A stretch of 63,213 bases of DNA, filler included, from Reticulomyxa filosa (taxonomy: Eukaryota > Protista > Foraminifera), in assembly GCA_000512085.1 (NCBI GenBank). It is 22 parts of 22 records of this genome, joined end to end, with 100 filler letters (N's around TTAATTAATTAA, not from the genome) between each part and the next. Parts side by side here need not be neighbours in the genome. Positions count along the whole stretch, not along the records: positions 24,988 to 27,467 come from ASPP01020139.1; positions 27,568 to 28,985 come from ASPP01020060.1; positions 29,086 to 41,154 come from ASPP01008182.1; 19 more parts are not named here. The stretch is one strand, 5' to 3'. The notes under the pieces were generated by a model, which was not told the DNA's origin, searched no databases, and saw only the letters and a list, made by a program, of their open reading frames with translations. Shown here one piece after another: positions 26,276 to 39,927 of this stretch; the first letter of the stretch is position 1; every line of letters begins with the position of its first letter. A program made the position numbers and the translations under genes.

Positions 26276-29187
26276 AAAAAAAATTGTTAATAAAAAAAAC
26301 TTGATTATTTTTGTTTTATCCTTGTTGCTTGTAATTTTTGTTAATTTGTACAAATTTGTTGCGAGTCTTTTTAATTATTTGACTCCTGCATGTTGGTATG
26401 TTGCTTGTAAAGTTACCAATGGTGTTTGTTAGCACTGGCTCTTTCTTTTTTCTTCTGTTTTTATTTTCCTAAGTTTTTCAAAACTGAGAATCATCCCGCA
26501 TCAAAATATCATGCACACATCTTTGACACTTTACACTATTTATTTTTCTATTAAAAACTAAATACTTTTTGAAAACATGTCGATTTTCACTAATAAAAAA
26601 CTCCAAAGGTTTGTAAAATTCTTTTTAGCAGCTTTTTGTTTGTAGTCAGTTGTAATTCTTTGCTATTTATAACAATTTGTCAAGCAGGATTACCGACACG
26701 TGAACTTATTTCAGTAATAAAAGAAGTTCGAAAAGTATCCAAGAAAAAAGTAAAAAAATGCCTTATGAGCAAAAATTTTTTAGGAACATAGCTTTAATCA
26801 TTGTGTTCTATGAACACTAATTAAAAACACAATACTAGAACATCGCATTCTTTGCTGTGAAAAAAGCAAACATAGTCGTGATTTACTTCGTTCACTCAGC
26901 AGCCTGGTGATAATGATAGATGTGTTGTTGATATTGTCATTCAACAGTTGTGACCACGCCACATCCACCGATGTTGCAAAGCTTGTTTGCTGCATCATGA
27001 CTCAAGGACAGGATTTTCAATAGCTTTAAACACAAGGCGACGACATGGTCTTCGAACAACAGATCTAGCATGATTTTGTACAACGAGTGTCCGCTCTTGT
27101 CCATAAACAAAACAGCATTTGCCGGCTCGCTAACTAAACTGCTGATATATCACAAACACGACTTTTAAATTTCAATTTCGTATTTATATCCCTTTGACAC
27201 GTTGATAGCCAGATAAATCACACCAACGAGACTAGTATACTCAATGCTCGCTAGTGACTGCTCAAGTTTGCTCGAGTCAAGACACACATTTGGATCATTA
27301 AATCAACACATTTATCATTTACGCAAATATACAAACAAACAAAACAATATTAAGACATCGAATAATTTATTTGACTAATACATAAAATATAATATATGAT
27401 ATATATAACATTGTGTAAAATATATCAGATTGACTTAACTGTTAATTTTAATAACACTGTAATATTTNNNNNNNNNNNNNNNNNNNNNNNNNNNNNNNNN
27501 NNNNNNNNNNNTTAATTAATTAANNNNNNNNNNNNNNNNNNNNNNNNNNNNNNNNNNNNNNNNNNNNACACACACACACACAATATCTTGCAACAGCCGA
27601 CTAATTAATATGGGCTGCGCTTCGTCATCAGTATTATCACTTCTTGACATTGCCACACCAGTCCAGCAGCTTCCATTGCGACGCACTATGTGAAGCCATT
27701 ACATGTCCGAAAATGCGCAAAATTGCACTCGCGTAAAGAGCCATTCCATAACTAACATAGCAAAGCAGACGAATCTTTTTTTTGTTTGAAAATAAATTCA
27801 ATGTGGATACTTCTGGACTCTTGTGATCATCTTTATTTTCTTCATACTCCTTATCTTCTTCCACATCCTCTTTCTGTTTGGCAGTGGTCTTTGTTTGAGT
27901 TTCGCAAAACTCCCACCAAATCGAGCAACTCGTACATGGAGCAATTCTTCAAACGTCGTAGTTTGCTCGACCACAATGTGTTACTGTTTCATAACACATC
28001 TGCACTATCTTTTTTTCTTTTATTCTATTTCTTCGGTTGATCCAGTTGCTGCTGCCATTGTGATGCCATTGCTACTTTGCGCGATATCGGCAAGTCTTAG
28101 TTTTCTTTTTTTCTTGGCGGACTTGATTCCATATACGATCGGCAATTGTGGAATCCAGATCCATATCGTAGGAATTGATTCAAACTGTTTCAAAACATTA
28201 TAACGGATGTTTTCCAAATACAAAGTTCATACTATCTAGTCGACCTTGTGATTATGGAGAGGCACATGGCCATGGATGCGAGCGTTTCCAATGACGACCA
28301 TGTCCGAACGTTTGGTACTCCACCCGCCCCCCCCCCCACTTGGATCGCAAATGCGCTCTCTTCTTCTTTTTCATCTTGGACGTATCTCGTTGTTGCTGCT
28401 TCTATTTTTATTCTCTTTTTTTTTGCCTTGGGCTCGAGTCGACTTGAGTCTTGAATTGACGAATTGCATATGGATCTTTGGCTCAATCAAAAAATCCTGT
28501 TAAATCATGGCACGCAGAAAAGCAAGACAACGCAAACAATACAAGAATTTAGCACTATCCAACAAGGCTTCCGTCGACCCATAATCGGTCTCGGATACAG
28601 TCCAGCAAAAAATACTCGACGATAGAGCAAAAAGTGCATAATCTCTTTCTGGCTCACTCTATATCTATTCACAGATGTCCAATGTCGCTTGCGTTCTTTT
28701 ATCGGCACGCAACAGCCCGAAACCCAAGGCTGCGCAAGCGCAAACTCACAATGTCAGTTTTTTCACTTCGATTGCCGCCGTGTCTATAAATTAGCGCCAG
28801 TTTCCACAGCGATCGAGTATCCACTGTTTGTGGCGCATGCAGATCGCAGCCCACGCCATCTTTGGTGCTTTGCCATCCATGTAGATCAAAGTGGAGGACT
28901 GAGTGTTATACAAACTGGTGCTGTTATTGTTGTTGTTGTTTTTTTTTTTGCTACCTGTAAAGGGAGAGTCTATCAACAACGTAAGNNNNNNNNNNNNNNN
29001 NNNNNNNNNNNNNNNNNNNNNNNNNNNNNTTAATTAATTAANNNNNNNNNNNNNNNNNNNNNNNNNNNNNNNNNNNNNNNNNNNNAACAATTGTGTGTTC
29101 CTTTCCAAACAAATAAAATTTCACACGCATAAGCTTACGGAAAATCGCACTTTTTTGTACTTTGTAAAAAAAAAAAAAAAAAAAAAG

Positions 29188-30893
29188 AAGTGAAACTGTA
29201 AGCACCAATGGCACACAAGACCTAAAAGATGAAGAGACAGTACGAAGCGAACTCGACGATCTGAATCCATCCGAAAAAGATATGGATACGATCCAGCGCC
29301 TGCTGCAGAACACGGAAGATCCAAATATGCAAAACTCGCAGTTTTACCATTTGCTGCGAGACCTTGCAAGCAGAAAAGCAACTAGTCAATCGGAAGACGA
29401 GCAGAAAGACATAAGTGAACAAATAGCAAAAGAATGGGAACAAGATTTCCAAGTTTTGTTTTTTGAATCAAGTTTTTATTATTTAATAAGTAATAATTGA
29501 TCATGAATCATTTTCAATTTGAATTATGTTGTTTTATATATATGTGTGTGTGTGTGTGTGTGATAACGATGAGATGTCCAAACATAACAAACAAAACAAA
29601 ACAAAACAAAAAAAAAAAAAATGAATGAATGGGACTCATTAGCGTTGGAATAATAATCCCGTCGACGGAATGGACTGGAAGTCTTACATGGATGCGATAA
29701 ACCCTTTGAAAACCGCCACGGCGGAAACGTACGAGTTTCAAACGGCTAATCCTTACTTGAACAACGAAGAAGAGACGACGGCGACCACAGACAGTGTCGA
29801 AAAAGAGGACACATCGAAGGAGTCGACGAAGCAGCAACTCGAAAAAGACTTTGACTACATGGCAGAGGGCCTGCGCTTGATGAAAGAAGGCAATCTGAGC
29901 GAGGCTATATTTGCTTTCGAGGCTTGGTGCAAAAGGAGCCCAATCGAAGTGAAGCCTGGAGATACTTGGGACAGTGCCAAGCTGACAATGAAAATGAAAA
30001 GCCTGCCATTGCTGCTTATTTAAAAGTTTTTTGTTTTTTTTTTATTATCTAGCAAACAACAATAATAATGCAATGAAAATATGTAAATTTATAAATTGCA
30101 CTTTGTGTTGTGTATGAAAGTGCTATGAATTAGATCCATACGACTTGGATGCCTTATTGGCATTAGGAGTGTCGTACACCAATGAAATTGATTTTTTCCA
30201 GGCTTTAAAATTTTTGCGAGAATGGATTGCATCCCATCCAGAATATTCCATTTTGGCTCAAGACGCTCTTCAGAAAACCGATAATGATGACTACTATGGA
30301 GTTATTTTTTTAGCTTTCAAACAAAATATATAAAACTATATAACAAACACTAAAAAAAAAAAAAATAATAATAATAATAAATAAATAAAAAAAAGGGATG
30401 GGGTGGCTCCACTGCTGAACACAAGAAAGTTGTAGAATTGTTCCATAAAGCTTTGGAAATAAATGCGAATGATCCAGATCTACACACAGTGCTGGGGGTT
30501 TTGTACAACATCACCAATGAATACGACTTTGCAGAGCGACATTTCAAACGGGCGTTGCAAGCTCGGCCTAGCGATCCTTCCTTGTGGAATAAACTTGGCG
30601 CCACTCAAGCCAATGGACAAAAATGCCAAATCGCCATTCATGCCTATTCCAAAGCTTTGGAATTAAAACCCAATTACGTTCGCGCCTTGTCCAACTTGGG
30701 CATTAGCTTTGCAAACCAAAAAAAGCACACTGAGGCGTGCCAAAGCTATTTGGCTTCTTTGAAGTTAAATCCTCACGCGATGCCCATTTGGGATCATTTG
30801 AGAACCTCTTTAATGCATTTGGGCAGAAATGACTTGATGGAACTTATTGAAAAAAGAGATGTTAGCTTGTTTGAAAAACACTTTGATTTCTAA
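29188..30893 (+). CDS. PEX5: Peroxisomal PTS1 receptor PEX5 (5' partial, 4 visible exons; 1-nt frameshift at ~29924)
   Basis: WEQDF (WxxxF), YEFQTANPY, EAWRYLGQCQADNENEKPAIAAY (after restoring one T), LGVSYTNE, LWNKLGATQANG and YVRALSNLGISFAN. Introns at ~29453-29642, 30026-30120 and 30301-30395. Confidence 0.93.
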
Positions 30894-31548
30894 TTTATTT
30901 TTTTCTCAGTACAACTAAGTCACATTTTATTATGTTTGTCCTATTATTTTGTCTTGTTACTTTCCAGTCTTTGGAACAGCCATGTGACAAGAGCTGCATA
31001 TTCTTTCCTTTTCACGCCTTTTTTTCCTCCCTCTTTCCTTCCCAAAAAGAACTGAAATTTCCATTTTTATCGGCAACAGTCATTTTGATTTTTGTTTGTT
31101 TTGTTTTTTTTGGGACAGTTTTTTTATCTCTTCTTACTGAAGGAAACGGTAATACATCATCTTATCCAACAATAATCACGGAACCTCTGTTGAAAGATTG
31201 GAAACAAAAATTTCCGATAACTGTTTTGTCTTTCCACACCAAATTTCAAAAGAAAAATACTTTTTTCCCTTAAAGAATACATATTTCCCGAGTGTATGCA
31301 AATGCTCAAATGTAGTCAAGTTTTTCCTTGTCGCTAAATAGTGTTATGTAATGTTTCAATTATTTGTAAACGACAATCATATCCACATTACAACAATACA
31401 TTTTTAGGAATGGATATTTCCTATTTTGTACGACTGTTTTTAAGTGAAAAAAAGCGCTATTGAATTTGTTGTCGATAATCCCCAAAAAACAGCCAACACA
31501 GTTAAAAATAGAACTAGAAAGCGAATTGACCAGAGCAAAGAGTGGACA

Positions 31549-31929
31549 ATGTCAAAAGAGGAAAGTGCAAGTAAATATTCAGAAGTAACCCAACTGAAAG
31601 ACAAAAACAAATTTGTAATTTACAACGAAAAAAAAGAAATTGTGGCCCATATTGATTATGTATTATTGAAAAAAGATGGAAAAGAGATCGTCGAAATTCA
31701 ACACACAATAACAGATCCAAAACATTCCGGAAAAGGGCTTGCAGGGCAAGTTACTCAAGCCTTATTTGCTTGGGTCAATGAAAATAAAGATACTATGGCA
31801 TTACAAAGCAATTGTTCTTATACTCATCAATTTCTTTATAAACATGGTGATAAATATGGACATTTGTTGACTGATCATTATAAATCTTTTTTAAAACAGC
31901 AAGGGATTGTTACCCCATCTCAAAAATGA
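31549..31929 (+). CDS. Small GNAT acetyltransferase (YjdJ/NATD1, Acetyltransf_CG-like)
   Basis: AHIDY...EIQHTITDPKHSGKGLAGQV...QSNCSYTHQFL matches the HT.V....RG.G.A and (P)xCSY motifs. Confidence 0.82.
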   Translation: MSKEESASKYSEVTQLKDKNKFVIYNEKKEIVAHIDYVLLKKDGKEIVEIQHTITDPKHSGKGLAGQVTQALFAWVNENKDTMALQSNCSYTHQFLYKHGDKYGHLLTDHYKSFLKQQGIVTPSQK

Positions 31930-32563
31930 TTGTTTTTTGAGGAGTTTTTTTTAAATAAAAACTTTTTATGTTTTTTTTTTGCATGGTTCAATACGCTTAA
32001 ACAAAATATGTAATAACTAGCACAATTTTGTTGAGTGTGAAAAAAGGAGATGACAAAGCTATAGATAAAAAACAAAATACATAAAAATTCAACAAAATCT
32101 ACTATCGGCAGACAATAAAACATCAGCATCTGTTCCCCAGATAATCTTTAAGAGCTGATGCTGAGCATTCAAAAGTCTAAAACCTTGAATTAATGAAGAC
32201 ATTCACTTTTTGTTCTGTGCATGAGTTTTTGATTACGAAACGTGAAAAAATGTTATGAATAAATTGTCCTTTTGTCTTCCAAATTACATGTTTTGAATTA
32301 GGAAATCGCCTGCGGATTTTTAAAAAGTATTAGATCTGGATTTTAATTGAGGAAATCCATTAACTTATAAGATTCGTTTTATTTGCCATTTTTTTATTCC
32401 ATTAAGATTAGATTTGTTAATAACAATTATTTTCTTTAGCTTTGTTGTTGATTGTGTGTAATAGTGTAAAAGTGATGGAAACTGTTTTAATCATTTTGCG
32501 AGATTTAAATAAATTGTGAACGATTTGAACCAAACAAAGATGAATAAAAAACACCAGAATTTT

Positions 32564-34946
32564 TCACTTCACCAAATTGTGTGAGTTATCAAAAGGTAAA
32601 GATAGTTGACGAAGAATGGTTTTATAATATTTGATGACTTTGGCTTCCAAATGGCTTAGTTGTTGCACTGTAGAAAGCAGTTCCTCTCTGTGGGTATCGT
32701 TTTGCTGTGGCGCAGAACGTGGCAACATAAAATCAGTGAGTTTGCCGTTGAAAGTTCCAAAAAGTTTATGTTTCTCGTCCAAGCGTGTAATTAAAAGTGT
32801 TTGATTTTTCAATGCCGACACAACAGCGTCTAGCTCGTTTTTGATATTGGAAACTTCTAGAGTTTCGACCAAAGAGTTGAACCAATTGATTAACGAGTTT
32901 CTGGCATCTTGTAGAACCATTAAATGCTGACAAGAGAATCGATAAACATCATTTGTCATCGGTTTTTGTGTCAAGGAATCCGTCCATGCTCCAAAACTCG
33001 TTGTTCGCTCAACTTGGGTAACAGACGATATTGGGTTCTCTACAGGTAGAATTTCACTATTCCTCACGATGTCCACTTTTTGTATTGTCGCAGTGTTTTC
33101 ATTGTTTTCAGGAATTTGCATTAAACCAAGATGCTGTTGCGTTTTGTCATTTTCATTGTTATGAGTTGGGACGGAAGTATCTTTTGTTTTTTGTTTTTCA
33201 GAACCATCCCATACTTGCACTATTGTCTCCAATGCTTTTTTGAGAAGTTGTATTTTATCACTTGTCTTTGTCTCTGTGCTAACGGTTACAAAGACAACAT
33301 ATTTTCGACTAGAAACACTAATGCGGTCGAACGATTGCCGAGGATCGGAAACGGCCAACTCTTCGTTGCTTACAAATTTTTTCAGTAAAAATATGTAGTC
33401 TGCAGGGTTTCCGATATATTGTATTTCTTGTTGCAAACTTTGCAATGGCTTATACCCACACAAAATGGCAAAATTTCCATTTTCATCGTGAGTGAGCACC
33501 TGGAGCAACACATATACAAATACTCAATTAAATCAAAATAAAAAACAAATATACATATACATCGAACCAAAATTTTTTTTTTCAGAGATTCAATAGTCCT
33601 CAATTCCAATTGTTTGACATGTCTTGTCAAAATATCTTCTCTGTTTTTCACATCTCCATCGTCTATTATTTGATCGGGCTCGTTTGTTAGTATTTTTTCG
33701 ATTCGCAAATGAGTTGCTTTTTCAACAAGCTGTATTTGTGGATTTATATCATCTAACGTACTGCACGTGTTCTGGGCTTCTTCTTTCCATTGAAGATGTA
33801 TTCCCGCACCACTCAGCAAAGCTAGAGTTTCATAGCTCAGAGGTGTCACGGTTTGCTTGGAGAGTAAACTTAAGCAACGTAAGAAACTGTTCTTGTGAGT
33901 GTTCCAACACAATTGCAGCTCTTTAATAATGTTTGCATCCATTCCCTCCCATTCAATCTCTTCATTAGTGCCAATTTTTTCACTTTGCACTATCTGCTCT
34001 GCTTTTGAATCTATGGTGATTACTATCGTGCCTACTTCTTCTTCACCTTCTATTTGAAAAAAATTTTTTGATTGGTAGACATGAGCTATCTTAACTGTAA
34101 AACAAAAAAAAAAAAAAGAGATCTCACTGTTGCTCGGAACGATATGTTTGTAAATCACTGGCCAAACACTCTCACAGGGGATATGAATACGTCGTTTTTC
34201 CGGGTCGATTCTAGAATCACAGGAAATCAGTTCCATTTGATGCTGCCAATCGTCCTTGACAATTTGGCCAAAAACATAATTTATGTACCAAAAGTGTGAG
34301 TTCGGATCATAGACACAAATCGTGTCTCCTGCTTGTAATTGGTCTCTTGTCAATGGCATTGGAGGATCGTTGCTGTCAAAATCAAACGGTGGAGGTCTGT
34401 CACTGCCCATGTATTCTTTTCTTTCAGGATGAAACACATGGTCAAAACGAAGAAGGAAATCTTTTTCCATCTCCGATTCCATTTCCTCTGTTTTTAAAAC
34501 AATATCATTTATTTTATTGTTTTTCTTGCATATAACAACACTATAATATTCTTTAAAAAGATCCATTGAGTGAAGATATTCTCACCAAAATCATATGGAT
34601 GGAATCCTTCATTGTCTTCTTCTTGCCATTCTTCCTCCAAATAATACTCCTCATTGCCGTGCAAATCGACTATATAATCATATGGTTCTGCATCGTCTCC
34701 TTCTTCCATATTTATGGTGGCTTGCAGTTCATCTTCTTGAAAGCTCTCATAATGTGTATATTTATCATCGCACTCGTATTTTTGAGCGGCTTCTTTTATG
34801 CCCTTACTCGTACTGTTAAAGTTACCATATTTGTCAACCGTCCAGGCTTGTGTTTTCGAAAATGTCTGAAACGAGCACTCTCTCGGATTATTGTTTTGGT
34901 AACCATCATATCGGAAAGGCCGTGTACAATAAGAATAGTGAGACAT
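32564..34946 (-). CDS. Multi-exon hypothetical protein
   Basis: Consecutive long ORFs (34509-34946, 33382-34566, 32564-33511) separated by short AT-rich intron-like segments; no domain recognised. Confidence 0.6.
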
Positions 34947-35354
34947 CTACTAATATTTCTTAGTGCAATCTTCAGTTTCGATAATACTAAACAGAAATTT
35001 TTTTGTGTAGACAGCAAATTGCAAAAATGAAATAGTTTCACAAAATGACACAGCTTTTCAAAATAATATTACAACAGCAAATGAATTATGAGTCATTTTC
35101 TTTAAAAAAGAATTATTACATTTATATTATTGACAATATTTTTTTGACATTGACATCATAACCTTTTTTGCAAAAAAAAGCAAACATTAAAAAATACCAA
35201 CATGAATCTTAAGAATTTTTGGATGATATTCCTAAAAGCAATTCTGAAGCCTTATCCAACAACATATTTTCGGTCATTTTTCTTTGCTCAATTGGCTCTG
35301 CAAATTTACAAACATCAAAACATGATTTTTTGTTTTGTTTGTGCACGTTGAAAC

Positions 35355-36410
35355 TTAAAAAAAAGGGCTCAAAGAACTTGAACGGTCACTTTTTCTTGAT
35401 TCAATTGTGAATTGACGAAAATGTTGATAATTTGCGTAATCACGGTTTTCATGTTGTGTGGGCTTTTTGTGAGTGACAAATGATTTATTTTCGTGAGCAA
35501 AGTCCTTGTACAGCTCTGCAAACGAAGGTTGTTGTTGGATGTCAAACTCATCCTTGCGGCCAAGTTTTGCATTTTTTTGTGTTTCCAAATGAGAAATTTG
35601 CCTATCCCTTAGAGGCATGGATGGTTCGTTGTGTCGAAGTTGTTCGTCCTTTTGGATCTTTGATTCATTTTTTTGTTCGTGATAACCATGACAACGTGCA
35701 CGTCGAAGCTCTACAATTGTTGGAAAAAACTTTTTTATTTGGTAGACCCGTGTAAAAAAAAATTGCACACCATGAACAGAAGGTGGCCTTGCATATGGAG
35801 GGAAAACAAACTTGCCACCAGCTGCACGATCAAAATAGTTATCGTGTCTGTTCATTTGCTCGGTGGACATATCGTCATCAGACTTTGTTGAATGAAAGCC
35901 AGAAACTTTGGCTGATGCAAATTGAGTTTGTAAATTGTCCATCAATAAGGTCATGCTTTGTGAGACACTGCGAATGTCCCATAACTGTTTATATCGAAAC
36001 TCTTTGTCGGATAATTCCTCTCCATTTTTCAAATTTTCGTTTGATTTTTCTTTTTCATTTTCATCAGATTTTTTATCCTGCTTTATTTAAAAAATAAGAA
36101 AAATTGAAGTTACAGAGTACGAAAACGTTTTTCCTTTTTGAAAAGGGGTTTTTTGAAAAATATACATGTTGGCCGTCGGTGGAATGAGAACCAGATTCAT
36201 CCTGTTCTGAATCCGAACTTGATTCTACACTACTTTCACTGTCGCTATTTCTTTCTTTTTCATCTTGACTTTCGTCGTTTTCTTCGTTTTGACTGCCGTC
36301 CTCCTTGTCATTTGCATCGTTGTTTTGATTGCTTGTGTCCGACTTTTCACTCTCACTTTCATTTTCACTTTCAACTTCGGAGTCGGTATCTTTAGATTTT
36401 GTTTGTGACA
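35355..36410 (-). CDS. Hypothetical protein with acidic S/E/D-rich N-terminus (2+ exons)
   Basis: MSQTKSKDTDSEVESENESE... exon followed by ORF 35355-36032. Confidence 0.5.
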
Positions 36411-36944
36411 TTTTTTGTTTTAAACTGTTCCTTGCAGTGTGAAAGATCTGAAATTGTATCGACGCACTTATTTTCAATGCACTCAAATGCCGAGATGTCT
36501 ATTTCATAATGTGCTTACTAAGCCATAAATATTTTTACTGTCGATGAGAGTGATATAATGGAGTGTTTTTGGAAATATCAAGTGTATTTGGGACAGTTTA
36601 AAAATGTTTTTATGCGTCGCGATGAAGGAACATACTCAACATGCAAAACTTACAGTTCTTCACCTGCATTTTCTAGTAGAAAAAACTTAGTTTCCAATTT
36701 TTCTTGAACATATTTTACTTCTTCTGCTTCTCTTTTTTTTTTTTTTGTAAGGAAAAACTTCCAACCTGTCAAAGTTTTTTTTAAAAAAAAATGTACTCCC
36801 AAATTTTTAGTCAAATTAATAATCGATGGGCACTTGCAAATCGATTTGTGAGCCAAATACTTCGCAAACGACAAATTATACTGGAGTCGAAAGTCACATC
36901 CACCTCGTAATGGGTCTTCTCAGCATGACAGCGAAACACAGCCA

Positions 36945-38018
36945 ATGCTGAGAACAAAGGAGAAGAACGACGAGCAAGCAACAAGCAAGGGAGTAGGAAG
37001 AGGCACCGAGAGCATGAACGAGTCAAACGTTGCAGTAGAAGTGCTACAGCCAACGAGGGGTTCAAGTGAGAGCAACATGAGAGCGGGAGCAAGAGAGAAC
37101 GTGACACCAGTAGGAGTCGCTCCAGAAGCCGAAGACGAAGCAAATGGGCCGGAAATTTCCAGAAACAGTGTCCACGAAATGAAGAATGGCATGGATATCG
37201 AGCGACGACACGAAGAGCATGTGTCGAACGAAACAACCAATGCATCCGCACGTGCAGAAGCGACTGTCGTCGGCAATAGCAGCTCGAGAATGTTCCGAAT
37301 GGAAAGCGAGAGCCTATCTTTAGGGGCCAGTGTGATGTTAACGCAGCCACTATCGCCAACGAATGACCAGTTTGCAATGGGTGTTGCAGGGCCAGGAGTT
37401 GGTGTGATGTCACCACATCTGCAACAAGCACAGTTCCAACAGCAGCCCATGCCAGTCAATCCACAATCCAATTCTGCTTATTATGCCAATGTCTCGCCAT
37501 ATGGCCAAGGCATGTCACCCATTAGTGCATATTCCATACCCAATGGTCAACTTTTTGCTTATTCCAATAATAACACGCCCAATGGCACTATTGCTGCAAC
37601 TGCACTTAATCAAGACTACGTATACTTTTTTTTTTTTTTTTTTTTTTTTGAGAATACGTATAAAAAAAATTATTGCTCCCCCTCCCCCCCCCCTCTTCTC
37701 TCCCTCCAGACAAAATATGATCCAATTGGCCACTATGACGGCAAGGAGTCGAGCAAAGGGGCAAATCGACAGGATAGCGATGGCAAACTAAACATACATG
37801 ACGGAGATAATGAACACGAAGAGGACGAATTGGAAACAGATGACGACAGCGCTGGTGGCAATGACGGTAGACTCTCTTCTGAACGGCGCCAAAGTTCCCG
37901 CCTGTTGCGCATTCGTAGTGCGGCCAAATGGGACGAAGAACAAATGAACGAACATGAAGAAGAAATGAGACTTCAAATGGCTTATTTGCAGCAACAAACT
38001 GGCAGTCTCCATGGATAA
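36945..38018 (+). CDS. Hypothetical low-complexity protein (intron ~37620-37709)
   Basis: 357-codon frame with higher-GC coding composition, reading through a poly-T/poly-C intron. Confidence 0.55.
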   Translation: MLRTKEKNDEQATSKGVGRGTESMNESNVAVEVLQPTRGSSESNMRAGARENVTPVGVAPEAEDEANGPEISRNSVHEMKNGMDIERRHEEHVSNETTNASARAEATVVGNSSSRMFRMESESLSLGASVMLTQPLSPTNDQFAMGVAGPGVGVMSPHLQQAQFQQQPMPVNPQSNSAYYANVSPYGQGMSPISAYSIPNGQLFAYSNNNTPNGTIAATALNQDYVYFFFFFFFFENTYKKNYCSPSPPPLLSLQTKYDPIGHYDGKESSKGANRQDSDGKLNIHDGDNEHEEDELETDDDSAGGNDGRLSSERRQSSRLLRIRSAAKWDEEQMNEHEEEMRLQMAYLQQQTGSLHG

Positions 38019-38574
38019 AATTTTATAGTGTTTTCTTTTATTTTTTTTTTTTTTTGTAAAAGTGAAGATTCAATTGTCATTGTTTACAACCACTGCATGC
38101 ACTTTCGTAACACTTTTTTTTTTTTTTTCTTCTAATATTGTGATTTTTTTTTGTATTATATTTTTTTTTACACACAAATGTTGTACTCCACTGAACAACA
38201 CTTTCTTGATCGTACTTACATTTTCAATATGTTGTTCATGATTCCTTATTTGAATGCAATGGTTTTTGGAAGTGTAAACAATAGTTAGTCTTTGTTGTTC
38301 TTTCTGGTTCATTTAAAAATGGTTTGTGAGGATTTAAAACATTTTTTTGGATGAACAATACTCACAGCCATGTTTTACAAACTTGCTCTTCTTTAAGCAC
38401 AGTTCATGGATGTGCGTAGTAATTCAATACATTGAAATCTCCACGTTGGCTTTGTTGCAAACATCTGGTATTCTTTAAGTTTCAAAGGTTACCCCCGTCG
38501 AACATAATTCTATCGTAAAAATTGCATATAATCAATTAATAGATTAAAAAGACAATAAGCAGACAGCCAAAAAA

Positions 38575-39870
38575 ATGTCGAACATGAACAAGATCGATGA
38601 GAAAGAAAATGAAGGACTTGCCACAATTGGAATAATTCCAGTGACTTTAGACTCGACTGACGAGTTAGACATTGGCCGGATATCGCAAATGCAAAGCGAA
38701 AGATCGGGGTTAGAACAGCAATAAGCTGAAAAACCAGATGAAGAGAAGTTAAAGCCGGGCAATAATGACCCTATCTTAAAGGAAAACAAGGTATAATCAA
38801 TCTTCAACAGGTTTTTACTCTTTTATTATTTTACAAAAAATAATAACAAAGTAATGAATAATATTGTAGAAAACTATCATCACTGAATTCGAAAATTACA
38901 GCATGAACTTACATTAAAAAATGATGAAGTTAAAAGAACAAAAGAGAAATATAATGGAGATCAAAAAGAAGTATTAAAATTTATGCCCAAACCATTTCCC
39001 AAATATGATCTTGATTTATTTTGTTCATTATCCAAAGTACTCAAAATATTCAATGGACATACAGAATGTGCTGATAGTATTGATTATGCAATACTTGATG
39101 ATGATCAATTTCTTTGTTTGGATCGGCGGATAAAACAATTCGTATATGGGATGTGGAAACAGGCAAGCAACTGAAAATATTCAATGGCATTCAAACCGTG
39201 TACATTGTGTAAAATTTTCACTATATCATTATTATAACAGTCGTTGTAATGTCATTTGTTCTTCATCATTTGATAAAACTATTCGTTTTTGGGATGTTGA
39301 AAATACTAAGACATTTCAAACATTAGATTAGCATAAAAATTTTGTGTGGTATTGATTTTTCATCATCAATTGTGGTCGATATTTGTGTTCTGGTTCTGCT
39401 GAAAATGCTATTCGTTTGTGGGATGTTGAATCGTTGCGTATTTTCAATGTTATATTTATTGTGCAGAATTTTCATCATCGCAAACCAGAAACAACAAAGG
39501 CAGAAATAAGTCTGTTATGATTGGTGGTAATATATATACAATTTGTTCTGGGTCAGCTGATAAAACCATTTGCACATGGGATGTTGAAACTATCAAACAA
39601 TTAACTTGTTTGAAAAAACATAAAGATGCAATACATAGTGTAAAATATTGGTCAAATAAATCAGGAATTAATGGTGGTGCAAACATAATATTATCATGAT
39701 CAGAAGATAAAATTGTTTGCATGTGAGATATTCGATCTAATCGACAAATTCAAGTATTTAAGGGACATAGCTATTGCGTATACAATGTGGAATTTTCATC
39801 ATTTGTAGTAAAAAATAGTGAAGCTGGCAGTGCAAGCGCAATATACTTTGGATCATTTGATAATACAATT
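38575..39870 (+). pseudogene. WD40-repeat pseudogene, truncated at a palindromic element
   Basis: KIFNGHTECADSIDY, ICSSSFDKTIRFWDV and ICSGSADKTICTWDVET, with several frameshifts and stops (LS*SEDK, CM*DIR). Ends abruptly at GSFDNTI. Confidence 0.85.
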
Positions 39871-39927
39871 AAAGAAAAAATTGAATTCGATTGTACCTAA
39901 GGTACCGCCTTATTTAATCTTTTCTTT
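39871..39927. repeat. Second copy of the palindromic element (cf. 647-762)
   Basis: AAAGAAAAAATTGAAT..GTACCT-A-AGGTAC..ATTTAATCTTTTCTTT is symmetric about 39899. It shares CCGCCTnATTTAAT and AAAGAAAA arms with the first copy. Confidence 0.7.

Noticed and set aside
27568-28985. Coding-like composition suggesting a gene
   Set aside because: All frames are interrupted and no family is recognised; probably a decayed gene, but it cannot be assigned.
19340-30893. Peroxisome/sterol gene cluster (two PEX5 genes + ERG24)
   Set aside because: The two PEX5 genes are on different contigs, so their proximity is an artefact of concatenation.
39320-39730. TGA/TAG at Trp or Gly positions suggesting stop-codon reassignment
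   Set aside because: They occur only in copies that also have frameshifts; intact genes use TGG for Trp and end at TAA/TGA normally.
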